Shown here: positions 47,107 through 58,877 of the stretch, in pieces | How the letters are laid out: every line of letters begins with the position of its first letter | Numbering within the stretch: position 1 is the stretch's first letter | Notes under the pieces: generated by a model | Databases searched by the model: none | Told to the model about the DNA's origin: nothing | Seen by the model: the letters and a program-made list of their open reading frames with translations, nothing else | DNA from: Blastocatellia bacterium | GTDB lineage: Bacteria > Acidobacteriota > Blastocatellia > UBA7656 | Reading direction: 5' to 3' | Length of the DNA stretch: 64,000 nucleotides | Assembly: GCA_963726785.1 (NCBI GenBank) | Contig: CAVSDJ010000003.1 | Coordinates: forward strand, 345,878 to 409,877 | Translations under genes and position numbers: made by a program

Positions 47107-48204
47107 CTAGCCGCGCAAGATGACTGCGCTGCCCGGCTCCCAAATGATCGTCACTGTTTGCCCGATGCGACTTTGATCGGAGTGAAAAGGCTCGCGGTTC
47201 TGTTCAAGCGCAGTGATCGCCTGCCCGCCATCAAGCAAGACTCGCCATTGCGTGCTCTCGCCCAGATAAACGGCAGCTTCAATCGTGCCTCTTAGCGATT
47301 CTATTGAACTGTCCGGTGAAAGCCGAATCTTTTCCGGCCTCACCATCACGCGAACGCGTTGGCCCGGACTGACCCCATTACCTTGCACTGCTACTTTCAT
47401 ATCGCCGAGGCGGATGATCGAATCAGTATCCCTGATCTCTTCGACCGTGCCTTCGATGATATTCGATGCTCCGATGAAGCCCGCGACGAATTCAGTAAGA
47501 GGGCGTTCATAAATTTCTTCCGCGCGCCCAATCTGCTCGATGTGACCTGCATTCATCACGACCACGCGGTCGCTCATCGTCAAGGCTTCTTCCTGATCGT
47601 GCGTGACGTAAACGAAGCTGATGCCGAGCCGCCGCTGCAAGCCTTTAAGCTCAAGCTGCATCTGTTTGCGGAGTTTCAAATCGAGCGCGGCGAGCGGCTC
47701 GTCCAGCAATAGGACTCGCGGCTCAAGCACCAGCGCGCGAGCAAGCGCGACGCGCTGTTGCTGGCCGCCCGACAGTTCGCTCGGCTGTCGCTCGTCAAGC
47801 CCGGAAAGCCTCACCATTTCTAAAGCGCCTTTGACGCGCTTCGTTACATCGCCGCGCGCGACTCGTTTTCGCTCAAGCCCGAAGGCGACGTTATTGAAGA
47901 CATTCATGTGCGGGAAGAGCGCGTACTGTTGGAAGACTGTTGTCACATCGCGGCGAAAGGGAGGAACATCTGTCACGTCGCGCCCGCCTAAAGTTACGTG
48001 GCCTGTGTCGGGAGTTTCAAACCCCGCGATCATTCTGAGCAAGGTGGTCTTGCCGCAACCCGACGGGCCGAGCAGAGTCAGGAACTCGCCGCGACGAACG
48101 CCGAGCGTTACGGATTCAACCGCCGCCACGTCGCCGAAGCGCTTGCTCACGTTTTGCAGTTCTACTTCATAAAATTCTTCCATCGCATACAAACCCGTTT
48201 GCAT
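47107..48204 (-). CDS. ABC importer ATP-binding protein, PotA type with a C-terminal TOBE-like domain
   Basis: Walker A GPSGCGKTT, LSGGQQQRVALARAL, LLLDEPLAALD. Alternative start at 48183. Confidence 0.85.
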   Translation of the reverse strand: MQTGLYAMEEFYEVELQNVSKRFGDVAAVESVTLGVRRGEFLTLLGPSGCGKTTLLRMIAGFETPDTGHVTLGGRDVTDVPPFRRDVTTVFQQYALFPHMNVFNNVAFGLERKRVARGDVTKRVKGALEMVRLSGLDERQPSELSGGQQQRVALARALVLEPRVLLLDEPLAALDLKLRKQMQLELKGLQRRLGISFVYVTHDQEEALTMSDRVVVMNAGHIEQIGRAEEIYERPLTEFVAGFIGASNIIEGTVEEIRDTDSIIRLGDMKVAVQGNGVSPGQRVRVMVRPEKIRLSPDSSIESLRGTIEAAVYLGESTQWRVLLDGGQAITALEQNREPFHSDQSRIGQTVTIIWEPGSAVILRG

Positions 48205-48285
48205 TCTTTTGCAATTCAGTGACTATTTTGATCGCGTGTTCTCATTTCGGCCTCTCGCTTGATTTAATTGAGCGTGTGCATAAAA

Positions 48286-48468
48286 CCGCCGGTAGCGGCG
48301 TTGTGAATTTGCCCGGTCTTTTAAGGCCGGGTTTCAATATGCGGTTGATCCCCTGCGTCTCGTCAGCGACGAATGATCTGTTCAATGTCGCTGACGCGAC
48401 GATTCATTCTCTTCGTCATTTGACCGTGCCTTAAAAGAACGGCTAAAACATTGGGCTGCTATCGCGGC
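48286..48468. repeat. Nested palindromic element, family D (degenerate copy)
   Basis: Outer arms ccgccggtagcggc and gctgctatcgcggc. Middle arms cccggtcttttaaggccggg and ccgtgccttaaaagaacggc. Inner arms cgtctcgtcagcgacg and cgtcgctgacgcgacg. Confidence 0.8.
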
Positions 48469-48510
48469 ATGATTTTGTATTTCTGATTTCTGTCACATGT
48501 TCGATTTAAT

Positions 48511-50718
<2,208 letters not shown>

Positions 50719-50750
50719 AGCTCGAAGGAAAAAGAACAGCTTGAATTCAG

Positions 50751-51797
50751 TTAAGATGTACGGCTCTCGATCAAATCCAAGAGGCTGAGTGTCTGCGTGT
50801 CAACGGCTTTCTTCTTGTTCTTCGCTGGTGGTCGCGCATTGCTCTTTGCGGAAGGCTTGTGAAGATGTTCCGCGTCAATTCCCAACTGCCGCAGGTGCGA
50901 AGCGAAATAATGATCGCCGTAGAGTGTATAAACTTTCTTTGCGCCTGACTGAGTCACGTAACGCAGGAGGTCGTCAAAGCCAGCGTGATCTGAAAGTGGC
51001 AAAACCGAATTCGTTCCGTAACGGTAGCGCGCGCGCGTGTCCATTCCCCAGCCGCTCAGGTAAATCGTGTAAGGATTTTCAATCGCCTGCGCCTGATAGC
51101 CGCGCTGCGCGCCCGGCGGCATCAGCACGACAAGTCCGTGCGTGTCCTGATAATCGAGCGGGCGATAATCGCCCTCGAATTCGATTCCCATCTCGCGGTA
51201 GATTTCGACTATCGCCATGATCGAATGATGCACAGCGACCGAATAGCCGCCGCGCAAAAGTATCTTGAGCGCTTCCTGACTCTTGCCCAGCGAATAGCCG
51301 AACACGACGGGCTGTTTTCCTTCGACGAAAGCGCGATCAATCTGCTCTGTGAGCATTCGGTGGACGGCTTCGTCTTCGGGGAAAATGAAATGTGGATGGC
51401 CAAAGGTGCATTCCATTATCAGCGTGTCGCACGAAACTATTTCAGGCGGCTCGCACGATAACCCTGTTCGCAATTTGAAATCGCCCGTGTAAAGGAGTCG
51501 CTCGCCTTCGCGCTCGATCAAAGTTTGCGCAGAGCCGAGGCAATGGCCTGCCGGGTAAAACGTGAGTTTGAAATCAGCGAAATCTTTCGTCTCGTAAAAA
51601 TCGAGCAAAAGGGTTTCGGTGGGCCTCACACGATGCTCGAATATTTTCGCTGTCGCAGGCGTAGCGATGATGCTTGCGTGTGATTGAATGTGGTCGGCGT
51701 GCGCGTGCGAGATGACTGAACGGTCGCGAGGTCGTTTCGCGTCCATCCATAAATCTATTTCGGGAAGATACAGCCCGTGATTGTAAACTACTTTCAA
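50751..51797 (-). CDS. MBL-fold / beta-CASP-like exonuclease of the ligase-associated DNA damage response exonuclease type
   Basis: 348 aa. GLYLPEIDLWMDAKRPRDRSVISHAHADH, PAGHCLGSAQ, GDFK, ECTFG, FGYSLGKSQE, SGWG, LSDHAGFDDL, and a YGD-type C-terminus. The layout matches what I recall of that family. Confidence 0.6.
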   Translation of the reverse strand: MKVVYNHGLYLPEIDLWMDAKRPRDRSVISHAHADHIQSHASIIATPATAKIFEHRVRPTETLLLDFYETKDFADFKLTFYPAGHCLGSAQTLIEREGERLLYTGDFKLRTGLSCEPPEIVSCDTLIMECTFGHPHFIFPEDEAVHRMLTEQIDRAFVEGKQPVVFGYSLGKSQEALKILLRGGYSVAVHHSIMAIVEIYREMGIEFEGDYRPLDYQDTHGLVVLMPPGAQRGYQAQAIENPYTIYLSGWGMDTRARYRYGTNSVLPLSDHAGFDDLLRYVTQSGAKKVYTLYGDHYFASHLRQLGIDAEHLHKPSAKSNARPPAKNKKKAVDTQTLSLLDLIESRTS

Positions 51798-51840
51798 TCG
51801 TTGCTCCTTTTATTAAATTATATCATTGGGCGGCTGGGTA

Positions 51841-51900
51841 TCAGTAGCCCAACCGTAAGGGAGGGCGCAGATTCGCCCTTGCTTACGCGCGGGCTACTGA
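51841..51900. repeat. Palindrome family C hairpin (divergent copy)
   Basis: tcagtagcccaaccgtaagggagggcg ... cgcccttgcttacgcgcgggctactga. Confidence 0.85.
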
Positions 51901-51936
51901 TTGCGCGTGTGATAAAATCAGGTCGGGAGGAAACCG

Positions 51937-52290
51937 ATGAGCGAAGTAATCAGAGTTTATCAAAAGCCCACGTGCAGCAAGTGCAGGGCTACGCTTGGAA
52001 TCCTTGAACAGTGCGATGTTGAATTCGACTCGATCAACTATTATGAAACGCCTTTGACTGTTAAAGAGCTTGGCGGGCTGATAAATAAATTGGGCATCTC
52101 GCCGCGCGACCTGCTTCGCAAGGGCGAGCAGCTTTACCGCGACCTCCGCCTGGGCGAGCGCGAACTGTCAGACGATGAATTGATAAAGCTGATGGTAGAA
52201 AATCCCGACCTGATGGAACGGCCCATCGTCGTGCGCGGCGACAAAGCCGTGCTGGGTCGCCCGCCCGAAAACGTCGAGAAATTGTTGTAG
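51937..52290 (+). CDS. ArsC/Spx/YffB-family thioredoxin-fold protein
   Basis: 117 aa. N-terminal IRVYQKPTCSKCRAT, then ...LMERPIVVRGDKAVLGRPPENV. Confidence 0.75.
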   Translation: MSEVIRVYQKPTCSKCRATLGILEQCDVEFDSINYYETPLTVKELGGLINKLGISPRDLLRKGEQLYRDLRLGERELSDDELIKLMVENPDLMERPIVVRGDKAVLGRPPENVEKLL

Positions 52291-52355
52291 AAGTTTCTGA
52301 CCTGAACTTTAATCCGAATTTAAGAGATTATCCCCCTTCGGGGCAATGGCATTAA

Positions 52356-52547
52356 GCCGCGTAGCGGCAATATGAGTTTAGGCCGGTCTTTTAAGGCCGG
52401 TATCAAGTAATGCATGAAATTTCTTCGTCGCGTTAGCGACGATTGATTCACGCTTGCTTCAGCCGTCGCTGACGCGACGAAAATACTATGAATGGCTCGT
52501 TACCGGCCTTAAAAGACCGGCCTAAAGTCAGCCGTCCCTACGGGACG
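52356..52547. repeat. Three-tier nested palindromic element, family D (variant middle module)
   Basis: Outer left arm gccgcgtagcggc. Middle arms tttaggccggtcttttaaggccggta and taccggccttaaaagaccggcctaaa. Inner arms ttcgtcgcgttagcgacg and cgtcgctgacgcgacgaa. Right end is cgtccctacgggacg. Confidence 0.85.
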
Positions 52548-52687
52548 AAAGACAATGCCTGACTTAATTCCATTGTTCCACTTCTCTGCCTGAAATTTTT
52601 TTGCAGCAAAACGCAAATTGATTCCGTCTAAGTAAAGTGAGGGAATAAAAAAGAAAGAAGAAGGAATAAAGATACCAGGAGATAAAA

Positions 52688-52876
52688 ATGAAGATACTCG
52701 CTTTTTTGAGAAACCACGCGCATTATTGGGGAGTTCCGCACCCCAGAGTCAGAGACAATCGCCTAATTCAGATATGTTATGAATGCGGGGCAGAACGCGA
52801 AATAAAGATCGAATTGCGCCCCTCGCCCGTTGAAAATATCACTATACAGATGCCTAACGATAATCTGGCTGCTTAA
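52688..52876 (+). CDS. Small hypothetical protein (possible metal-binding: HAHYWGVPH...CYECG)
   Basis: 62-aa ORF with GGAGA 5-6 nt upstream of the ATG. No family recognised. Confidence 0.4.
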   Translation: MKILAFLRNHAHYWGVPHPRVRDNRLIQICYECGAEREIKIELRPSPVENITIQMPNDNLAA

Positions 52877-52947
52877 ACAAACAGGGCAAGCGACGTTTGA
52901 TTGTCGCTCGCCTGATGAGGACGCGGCTCACTGCCCCCGAGCCGCGT

Positions 52948-53568
52948 TCATCCTTCCAGGCTGCCGGTTGTGCCGGAGCCTACGTCTTCACTCACGACAC
53001 CGCCTTTTTTCACATAAATTTTTCCACAAGCCGCGCAGGTTGCGTCTTCATCTTTTTGAGCATCACGCGAAAGGTCGAGCTTCACGCCGCACTGGCACAT
53101 CCAACCATTGATGCGTCCGGGGTTTCCAACTATCAGCGCGTAATCAGGTATGTCGCGCGTCACAACCGAACCCGCTCCGATGAAAGCATAACGCCCGATA
53201 GTATGCCCGCACACGACCGTCGCGTTAGCGCCGATTGAAGCGCCGCGTTTGACGAGCGTCCTTCGATACTCGTCTTTGCGCGACACGTGGCTGCGCGGGT
53301 TCGTCACATTCGTGAAGACCATCGAAGGCCCGCAGAACACATCGTCTTCAAGTTCGACCCCAGTGTAAACGGAGACGTTGTTTTGAATCTTCACGTTGTC
53401 GCCAAGGCGAACATCAGGCGATATGACTACATTCTGGCCGATGTTGCAGCGGCGGCCTATCTTTGAATTGCTCATGACGTGCGAGAAATGCCATATCTTA
53501 GTCCCTTCGCCGATCTCGCACGGCTCGTCAACGTAACTCGATTCGTGAACGAAATAGTTTTTTTCCAT
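52948..53568 (-). CDS. Left-handed beta-helix sugar N-acetyltransferase (WbpD/FdtC-like)
   Basis: Hexapeptide repeats (IGEGTKIWHFSHV, IGRRCNIGQNVVI, LGDNVKIQNNVSV, IGANATVVCGHTIG). C-terminal CxC...CxxC tail. Confidence 0.8.
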   Translation of the reverse strand: MEKNYFVHESSYVDEPCEIGEGTKIWHFSHVMSNSKIGRRCNIGQNVVISPDVRLGDNVKIQNNVSVYTGVELEDDVFCGPSMVFTNVTNPRSHVSRKDEYRRTLVKRGASIGANATVVCGHTIGRYAFIGAGSVVTRDIPDYALIVGNPGRINGWMCQCGVKLDLSRDAQKDEDATCAACGKIYVKKGGVVSEDVGSGTTGSLEG

Positions 53569-53582
53569 ATCAAATTAACTGA

Positions 53583-54623
53583 CTATTGACCGCTGCTTCT
53601 CATCGCTTGTTCTTCTAAAACCGTAGGGGTCCCGCCCGCAGCCAGTGAACGCTCGGCAGCGTCGAGCACGCGCAAAACGCGCAGCCCGCTTTCGCCATCA
53701 GTCAGAGGGCGCTCTCTTGTCTCGATTGATTTCAAAAACTGAAGGCACTGGCGGCGAAGCGGTTCGGATGATTCAAGCTGTTCCGCTACGCCGTCGTTTT
53801 TCCATGTGACAGGTTCGCCGTTTACGAACTCGACGCCTTGATCGTAAACAATCAGCTTGTCGTCTTTGCGCACATCGTCAAACACAGCCATGCGCTTTGA
53901 GCCGACGACGACGAGCCGCTGCTCTTTGTAAGGATGAAGCCAACTGACGAATATGTGCGCGCGAACGCCTGTCGGAAACTCCATGTTAGTGACGGTCACA
54001 TCGGCTATGTGCGGTTGAAGGTAAGCGCCGCCCATTGCCGCAACTGACGTGGGCCACGCGCCGACCAGCCTGAGTATGATCGCAATGTCGTGCGGCGCGA
54101 AACTCCAGAGGATGTTCTCTTCGCGCCTTACTTTGCCGAGGTTCAAGCGATTGGAATAAACGTAACGCAATTCGCCCAACTCGCCCGAAGCGACCAGTTC
54201 GCGAAGGCGTAGCACAGCCGGGTGATATTCGAGCAGATGGCCAACCATTAAAATCGCCTGGCGGCTACCGGCAAGCTCTACGAGTTGCGCGCCTTCTTCA
54301 ACATCTAGCGTCAGCGGCTTTTCGACGAGCACGTCTTTGCCCGCTTCGATTGCCGCTCGCGCAAGTCGCGAGTGAGTTTCCGCTGGCGTGGCTATCACTA
54401 CGCCTCGGATACTTTTATCATCGAGCGCGGCGCGGAAATCTTTCTCTATTCGAGCGCGCGGAAATTGCTCTGCTACAAGCGCAAGCGACGGCTCGCTCGT
54501 ATCGCAAACCATGCCGAGCGCAGAAAGCTCGTAGAAATTCCTGACGTGATTGATGCCCCAGTAACCTGAGCCTATCACGGCAACGCGAGGGGAGTCCGCT
54601 TTGATTTCAAATGGTTCATTCAT
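53583..54623 (-). CDS. Gfo/Idh/MocA-family NAD-dependent sugar oxidoreductase (WbpB-like)
   Basis: Rossmann motif VAVIGSGYWG and the typical EKP motif (VLVEKPL). ATG 54623 lies inside ORF 53583..54635. Confidence 0.8.
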   Translation of the reverse strand: MNEPFEIKADSPRVAVIGSGYWGINHVRNFYELSALGMVCDTSEPSLALVAEQFPRARIEKDFRAALDDKSIRGVVIATPAETHSRLARAAIEAGKDVLVEKPLTLDVEEGAQLVELAGSRQAILMVGHLLEYHPAVLRLRELVASGELGELRYVYSNRLNLGKVRREENILWSFAPHDIAIILRLVGAWPTSVAAMGGAYLQPHIADVTVTNMEFPTGVRAHIFVSWLHPYKEQRLVVVGSKRMAVFDDVRKDDKLIVYDQGVEFVNGEPVTWKNDGVAEQLESSEPLRRQCLQFLKSIETRERPLTDGESGLRVLRVLDAAERSLAAGGTPTVLEEQAMRSSGQ

Positions 54624-54688
54624 CGGTCGTGACAATGTACCAAAAGAGAGGCAGAATTTGAAATCTCGAATTGCAGATTAGATATCCT

Positions 54689-55606
54689 TTACTGGTTCGT
54701 GCGGTTCGGGTCATCGAATCCGAACGCGTCGCGATAGGCGATGGCGGAAGACGAAATCATCCACGGCACAGTGACGAATACGCCAATGAAGCATCCGGCG
54801 AGTCCGGCTGCGCTTATGGCTGAAAATACCAGCCCGACAATCCACCACATCAGCGCATCGCGCGAAAAGATCATTCGCCCGACGTCGTTGATGGCATTCG
54901 CTACGTCCACTCTTCGCTCAAGGATGTACGGGATGGTCAACCCCATCGCCGCTACCAGAAAAGGAGAGATGGCGAAGGCAAGCAAGCCAGCAAGCGGGCC
55001 GCCCTGGCTCGCCCCTGAAAAGCCCAGATGTATCAGCAGGAAGATTATGAATGCGAGAAACGCCTGCCAGAACTTGCCCGACCAGTTGAACAGGTCATTC
55101 ATCTCGACCCGTTCCTGGCGCATCGCCTTGAACGACATCCGATACAATCCCATCAGCAGCGGCCCGGCTAAAATTCCAGCCGTGGAAAAGCTCAGTATCG
55201 CGGAGAGAAACGTAGCCACAGACATCATCAGCCAGTTCTGCGAATAAATCTTCCACCCGCCCGACAGCCAGTCGCTGAGCCTGATATGCGATTGTCCCTC
55301 CTGCACTGGCGGGTAGTACGGCTGCGGCGGTTGAGGCGGCGTATAAAAGCTCGCAGGCGGAATATAAGTGGGGCCGGTTTCCGCAGTCGGATTCGGATTG
55401 ACCGGTCGAGTGTACGGGGACTTAGGCTGCGGCATATTCTTAGGGGGCTGTATATGCTGCGGCGGCAAATTAAGAGTAGACCGTTCGGAATCGGATAGAA
55501 TCCATGTTGAAGCTTCTTCGCCGGTCAGATCGAGCGGCATGCCGCAGCCGCGACAAAATTTCTCGCCTTCTTCTGTTTGTCTTCCGCAATTCGGGCACCA
55601 GTTCAT
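54689..55606 (-). CDS. Zinc-ribbon, Pro-rich linker, polytopic membrane-domain protein
   Basis: MNWCPNCGRQTEEGEKFCRGCG, then a PQ-rich linker, then 5-6 TM segments. Confidence 0.7.
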   Translation of the reverse strand: MNWCPNCGRQTEEGEKFCRGCGMPLDLTGEEASTWILSDSERSTLNLPPQHIQPPKNMPQPKSPYTRPVNPNPTAETGPTYIPPASFYTPPQPPQPYYPPVQEGQSHIRLSDWLSGGWKIYSQNWLMMSVATFLSAILSFSTAGILAGPLLMGLYRMSFKAMRQERVEMNDLFNWSGKFWQAFLAFIIFLLIHLGFSGASQGGPLAGLLAFAISPFLVAAMGLTIPYILERRVDVANAINDVGRMIFSRDALMWWIVGLVFSAISAAGLAGCFIGVFVTVPWMISSSAIAYRDAFGFDDPNRTNQ

Positions 55607-55651
55607 AATTCGTTTTCGCTCCGTCTTAACCTTAACGTTTCATGCTAAGGC

Positions 55652-55800
55652 ATTGTTGCGCGATACTTCAACCGATTAAATGCCGCAAGTGTTTTCCATT
55701 GCTCTTTCCAAGAATAGAAGGGCTTTGCAAAGTTTAATATGTCGAATCGCAATCAGCATATTATTTTCTTGACTCATTTAGTGAGTAATGATACAAGCGT
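55652..55800 (+). repeat. Cassette upstream region U-A (38-nt perfect repeat plus ~110 nt diverged homology with U-B)
   Basis: attgttgcgcgatacttcaaccgattaaatgccgcaag at 55652..55689 is identical to 57843..57880. The following sequence aligns at roughly 70% by eye. Confidence 0.9.
55769..55797 (+). promoter_or_regulatory. Promoter candidate for cassette A
   Basis: TTGACT (55769..55774), 17 nt, TACAAG (weak -10). Positionally homologous to the cassette-B promoter. Confidence 0.35.
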
Positions 55801-55869
55801 GATTGTTATTGTAATCTGATTTGCTTAATGTTCCAGTTAGTCAATTTCTCTTCCCTTCAAGGAGTTCCT

Positions 55870-56715
55870 ATGAAGATAAACAAGAACATTATTTCGGATT
55901 CAAAGCTTATCAACCTTATTTTTGCAGTCGTTTGTTTATTGATCTTAGTTTTCGGAATCTGGTCTCCTAAAGCATTTTCCAGCAGGAGCGTGTCTAATCA
56001 ACAAAAGCAGCCTCTCACTGATGGAGAGTATAAGACAATGATTGAGACACTAGACCCGAATAATGTCCCGATAAGAAATATGACACGAGCGGTCAGGATA
56101 ATCTCAATTGAAAAAATTGAGGGCGGGTCGTTGCGTCTAACACTTCAGAACGGTTATGACAAATGGATAAATGGAATTGAAATTTCGATGGTCAATGTAG
56201 GAATTCATGAAGAGCTTGGTTCCACCAGAGAACATAACATCCCCCCCGGTGGAACTTATGAGCTTGATTTGGGTATCCAGGAACACACTGATACAGATGG
56301 CATCGAGATTGCGGCAGTCATATTTGAAGATGGAACCGCAGACGGAAATCTTGAGTTTGTAAAACCTGTACAAGAGCAAAGATTGGGCGAGCGCGTGCAG
56401 TATAAACGCGCACTGGCTCTGATTCAAAAACACTTGGCCGAGCCGGATGCGGATACGGTAGAAGGGCTCAACAGATTAGAGTCTAAACTGCAATCACTAC
56501 CTGTTGATGAGGAATCTGGCAAAAGCAGTGATTATATGTATGGGTTAAAGCAGGCAAGAAATCTGCTGGTTGTGAGTATGCAGTTTATTCGAGAACAGAA
56601 GAATAGACCTGTTCGGAGTTTGCCGAATAATCAAAACGACCAGCCAGGTTTCTCTATTCGTACAGAGTTAAACAACCTATTCGATGACTTTAGAAAACTT
56701 GTTCCTGAATTCTGA
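55870..56715 (+). CDS. Cassette A gene 1: N-terminally membrane-anchored orphan protein
   Basis: ATG 55870 is preceded by AAGGAG (inside ORF 55828..56715). TM anchor [21 protein letters not shown]-rich codon usage and no family recognised. Confidence 0.65.
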   Translation: MKINKNIISDSKLINLIFAVVCLLILVFGIWSPKAFSSRSVSNQQKQPLTDGEYKTMIETLDPNNVPIRNMTRAVRIISIEKIEGGSLRLTLQNGYDKWINGIEISMVNVGIHEELGSTREHNIPPGGTYELDLGIQEHTDTDGIEIAAVIFEDGTADGNLEFVKPVQEQRLGERVQYKRALALIQKHLAEPDADTVEGLNRLESKLQSLPVDEESGKSSDYMYGLKQARNLLVVSMQFIREQKNRPVRSLPNNQNDQPGFSIRTELNNLFDDFRKLVPEF

Positions 56716-57772
56716 ATATTCTATTAGCGACCTTTCTTTAAATGATTGCGTACCTAGAGCTGCAGAATATAAAGATGGTGAAGACTCTGGTCCTAGCTGC
56801 ACTAATATATGGAAAAGACTATATTGGGAGGTAACATTTCCTGATCTATGGTCTCAACGAACTGTTGCTACTGGGAACGGTGTTGGGAAATGTAATGTCA
56901 AAGATTATTGTTGCGAGCCACTTACATTTGACGCCATATGCTGGCCTTATTTTTTTACACCTGAAATTAGTCAGGGCCAATGGAAACAAGATGTCTATTC
57001 GGCGGTTATGAAGGTTCAAAATATAAACTGCGAAAGTCAATCTTGCCCAAATATCACTAAGGTTCTTGGTTGTGTTCCGCCACAGCAGTTACCTAAAAGA
57101 ACTTTCAGAGTACCAATAACAGGAGGATTACATAATTGTATCTTTATCGCTGAAGGTGGATGCGATTTTATATATTGTGGTACGGGGAAGCACCAAGACC
57201 CGGCGACTTGTCTATGCGTACTTGATAACCCACCCTCTCCAATTTTAATAGATATACTTGGCAACGGTTTCGACCTGACTAATGCTGACAACGGTGTCAA
57301 CTTCGACATCAACAGCGATGGAACCGCAGAACACCTTTCCTGGACTGCCGCCGGTTCTGACGACGCCTTTCTTGCTCTTGACCGTAACGGTAATGGCACG
57401 ATTAATACCGGAACTGAATTATTCGGTAATTACACGCCGCAGCCTCCTTCATCAAATCCCAACGGATTTTTGGCCCTCGCCGAGTATGACAAACCTGCAC
57501 ATGGCGGCAATAATGATGGAATAATTGATAACCGAGACGCTATCTTCTCGTCATTGCAGCTCTGGCAAGACACGAACCACAACGGCCTGTCTGAGCCGAG
57601 CGAATTACACGCTCTGCTGTCGCTTGGTTTGGCTAAGATGGACCTTGACTACAGAGAATCCCGGCGCACTGACCGATACGGAAATCAATTTAAGTACAGG
57701 GCGAAAGTAAGAGATGTGCATGGCGCTCAGCTTGGCCGGTGGGCGTGGGATGTATTCTTTGTCAACCAATAG
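56684..57772 (+). CDS. Cassette A gene 2: Cys-rich head plus conserved Ca-binding tail (paralog 2); no signal peptide seen
   Basis: 362-aa ORF overlapping gene 1 by 32 nt. 17 Cys in the head. The tail from ~57230 ([27 protein letters not shown]...[11 protein letters not shown]) is 97% identical to the cassette-B tail. Confidence 0.7.
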   Translation: MTLENLFLNSEYSISDLSLNDCVPRAAEYKDGEDSGPSCTNIWKRLYWEVTFPDLWSQRTVATGNGVGKCNVKDYCCEPLTFDAICWPYFFTPEISQGQWKQDVYSAVMKVQNINCESQSCPNITKVLGCVPPQQLPKRTFRVPITGGLHNCIFIAEGGCDFIYCGTGKHQDPATCLCVLDNPPSPILIDILGNGFDLTNADNGVNFDINSDGTAEHLSWTAAGSDDAFLALDRNGNGTINTGTELFGNYTPQPPSSNPNGFLALAEYDKPAHGGNNDGIIDNRDAIFSSLQLWQDTNHNGLSEPSELHALLSLGLAKMDLDYRESRRTDRYGNQFKYRAKVRDVHGAQLGRWAWDVFFVNQ

Positions 57773-57791
57773 AACACTCAAGGCCAAGCAT

Positions 57792-57835
57792 TCACGCTTT
57801 AACTAGCGAAACCGATTGCGAGCCTTCAATGACGC
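57792..57835 (-). repeat. Duplicated fragment of the purM 3' end (stop plus last ~13 codons)
   Basis: tcacgctttaactagcgaaaccgattgcgagccttcaatgacgc versus 60193..60236, with 2 mismatches over 44 nt at a constant 2401-nt offset. Confidence 0.9.
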
Positions 57836-57842
57836 AGCTTAT

Positions 57843-57990
57843 ATTGTTGCGCGATACTTCAACCGATTAAATGCCGCAAGAATTTTCGTGACCTTTGAAA
57901 AGCAGAATGGCTTTTGAAAGCTTTAGCATATCGAAATGTAATCAACATACTAGTTCCTTGACTCACTTAGTAGCGGATGATATAAACGCG
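57843..57990 (+). repeat. Cassette upstream region U-B
   Basis: See 55652..55800. Confidence 0.9.
57958..57986 (+). promoter_or_regulatory. Promoter candidate for cassette B
   Basis: TTGACT (57958..57963), 17 nt, TATAAA (57981..57986). Confidence 0.5.
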
Positions 57991-58068
57991 GCAGTTGTTA
58001 TAACCAAATGACAGAAAATTCCTAAGCTTCTGCCGTGTAGGTTTGAATGGCTGATTGAAGAGGCTGAA

Positions 58069-58854
58069 ATGTCTAGATCATTTATTTTGGGCTTTCTCGT
58101 AGGTGTGGCTCTTTTAATCGTTGTTGGCGTTGGCGCATCCAAGTTGCAAAGTAAAGAGGCGCAACGCATAGACGCAGAGGAAAAAGCTTATCAGGCAGAA
58201 ATTGTAGATGCTAATCCTGTGCAACTTGGTATATTAACTCAGCAGCAGCGCATCCACAGCAAGCTTTACACCCAGTATTTGGAAAGACGCGGAGGAAAAA
58301 CCATTAGCGGGCTTGTCGCGCAAGCCACGGGCAAAAGCAGGATTGTAGAAACGGTGGCGTTTGTCGGACTGACGGAAGTACTTACAGAGGCAGAGACGCC
58401 AGAAAACTATTTTGGCAATCTCACGCGTGCATCGGATGCAGTTGTCCGTGGCAGGGTAACGAGTAAGGTTTCGCAGATTACTGAAGATGATGCTTTTATC
58501 TTTACCGACTACGATATAACAGTGACAGAGGTTTTGAAAAACAATGCGATCACTCCGATTGAAATGGGCTCAACCATTACTGTCACTCGTCCAGGGGGTA
58601 AAGTATTAGTTAATGGAATAATCGTAAAGGCAACAGATAAGTCTTCCGAGGCATTATCAAGTAATGGTAATGATGTCGTTTTATTCTTGCAATTTATACC
58701 GGAAACAGGAGCTTATCGAGCAACACAAGATACTGGGAGCTTTGAATTAGATGACTCAAGTTTACGACCACTAACTAAATCTCAATTCCCGCCTGGGGTT
58801 CTTCAAAATAAGGACTCTTTTATACAAACGATCCGAGCAGTATCAAATCAGTAA
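58069..58854 (+). CDS. Cassette B gene 1: N-terminally membrane-anchored orphan protein (unrelated to cassette A gene 1)
   Basis: 261 aa. TM anchor [19 protein letters not shown]. No family recognised. Confidence 0.65.
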   Translation: MSRSFILGFLVGVALLIVVGVGASKLQSKEAQRIDAEEKAYQAEIVDANPVQLGILTQQQRIHSKLYTQYLERRGGKTISGLVAQATGKSRIVETVAFVGLTEVLTEAETPENYFGNLTRASDAVVRGRVTSKVSQITEDDAFIFTDYDITVTEVLKNNAITPIEMGSTITVTRPGGKVLVNGIIVKATDKSSEALSSNGNDVVLFLQFIPETGAYRATQDTGSFELDDSSLRPLTKSQFPPGVLQNKDSFIQTIRAVSNQ

Positions 58855-58877
58855 TAATCTACAGTGAAGTGATTAAT

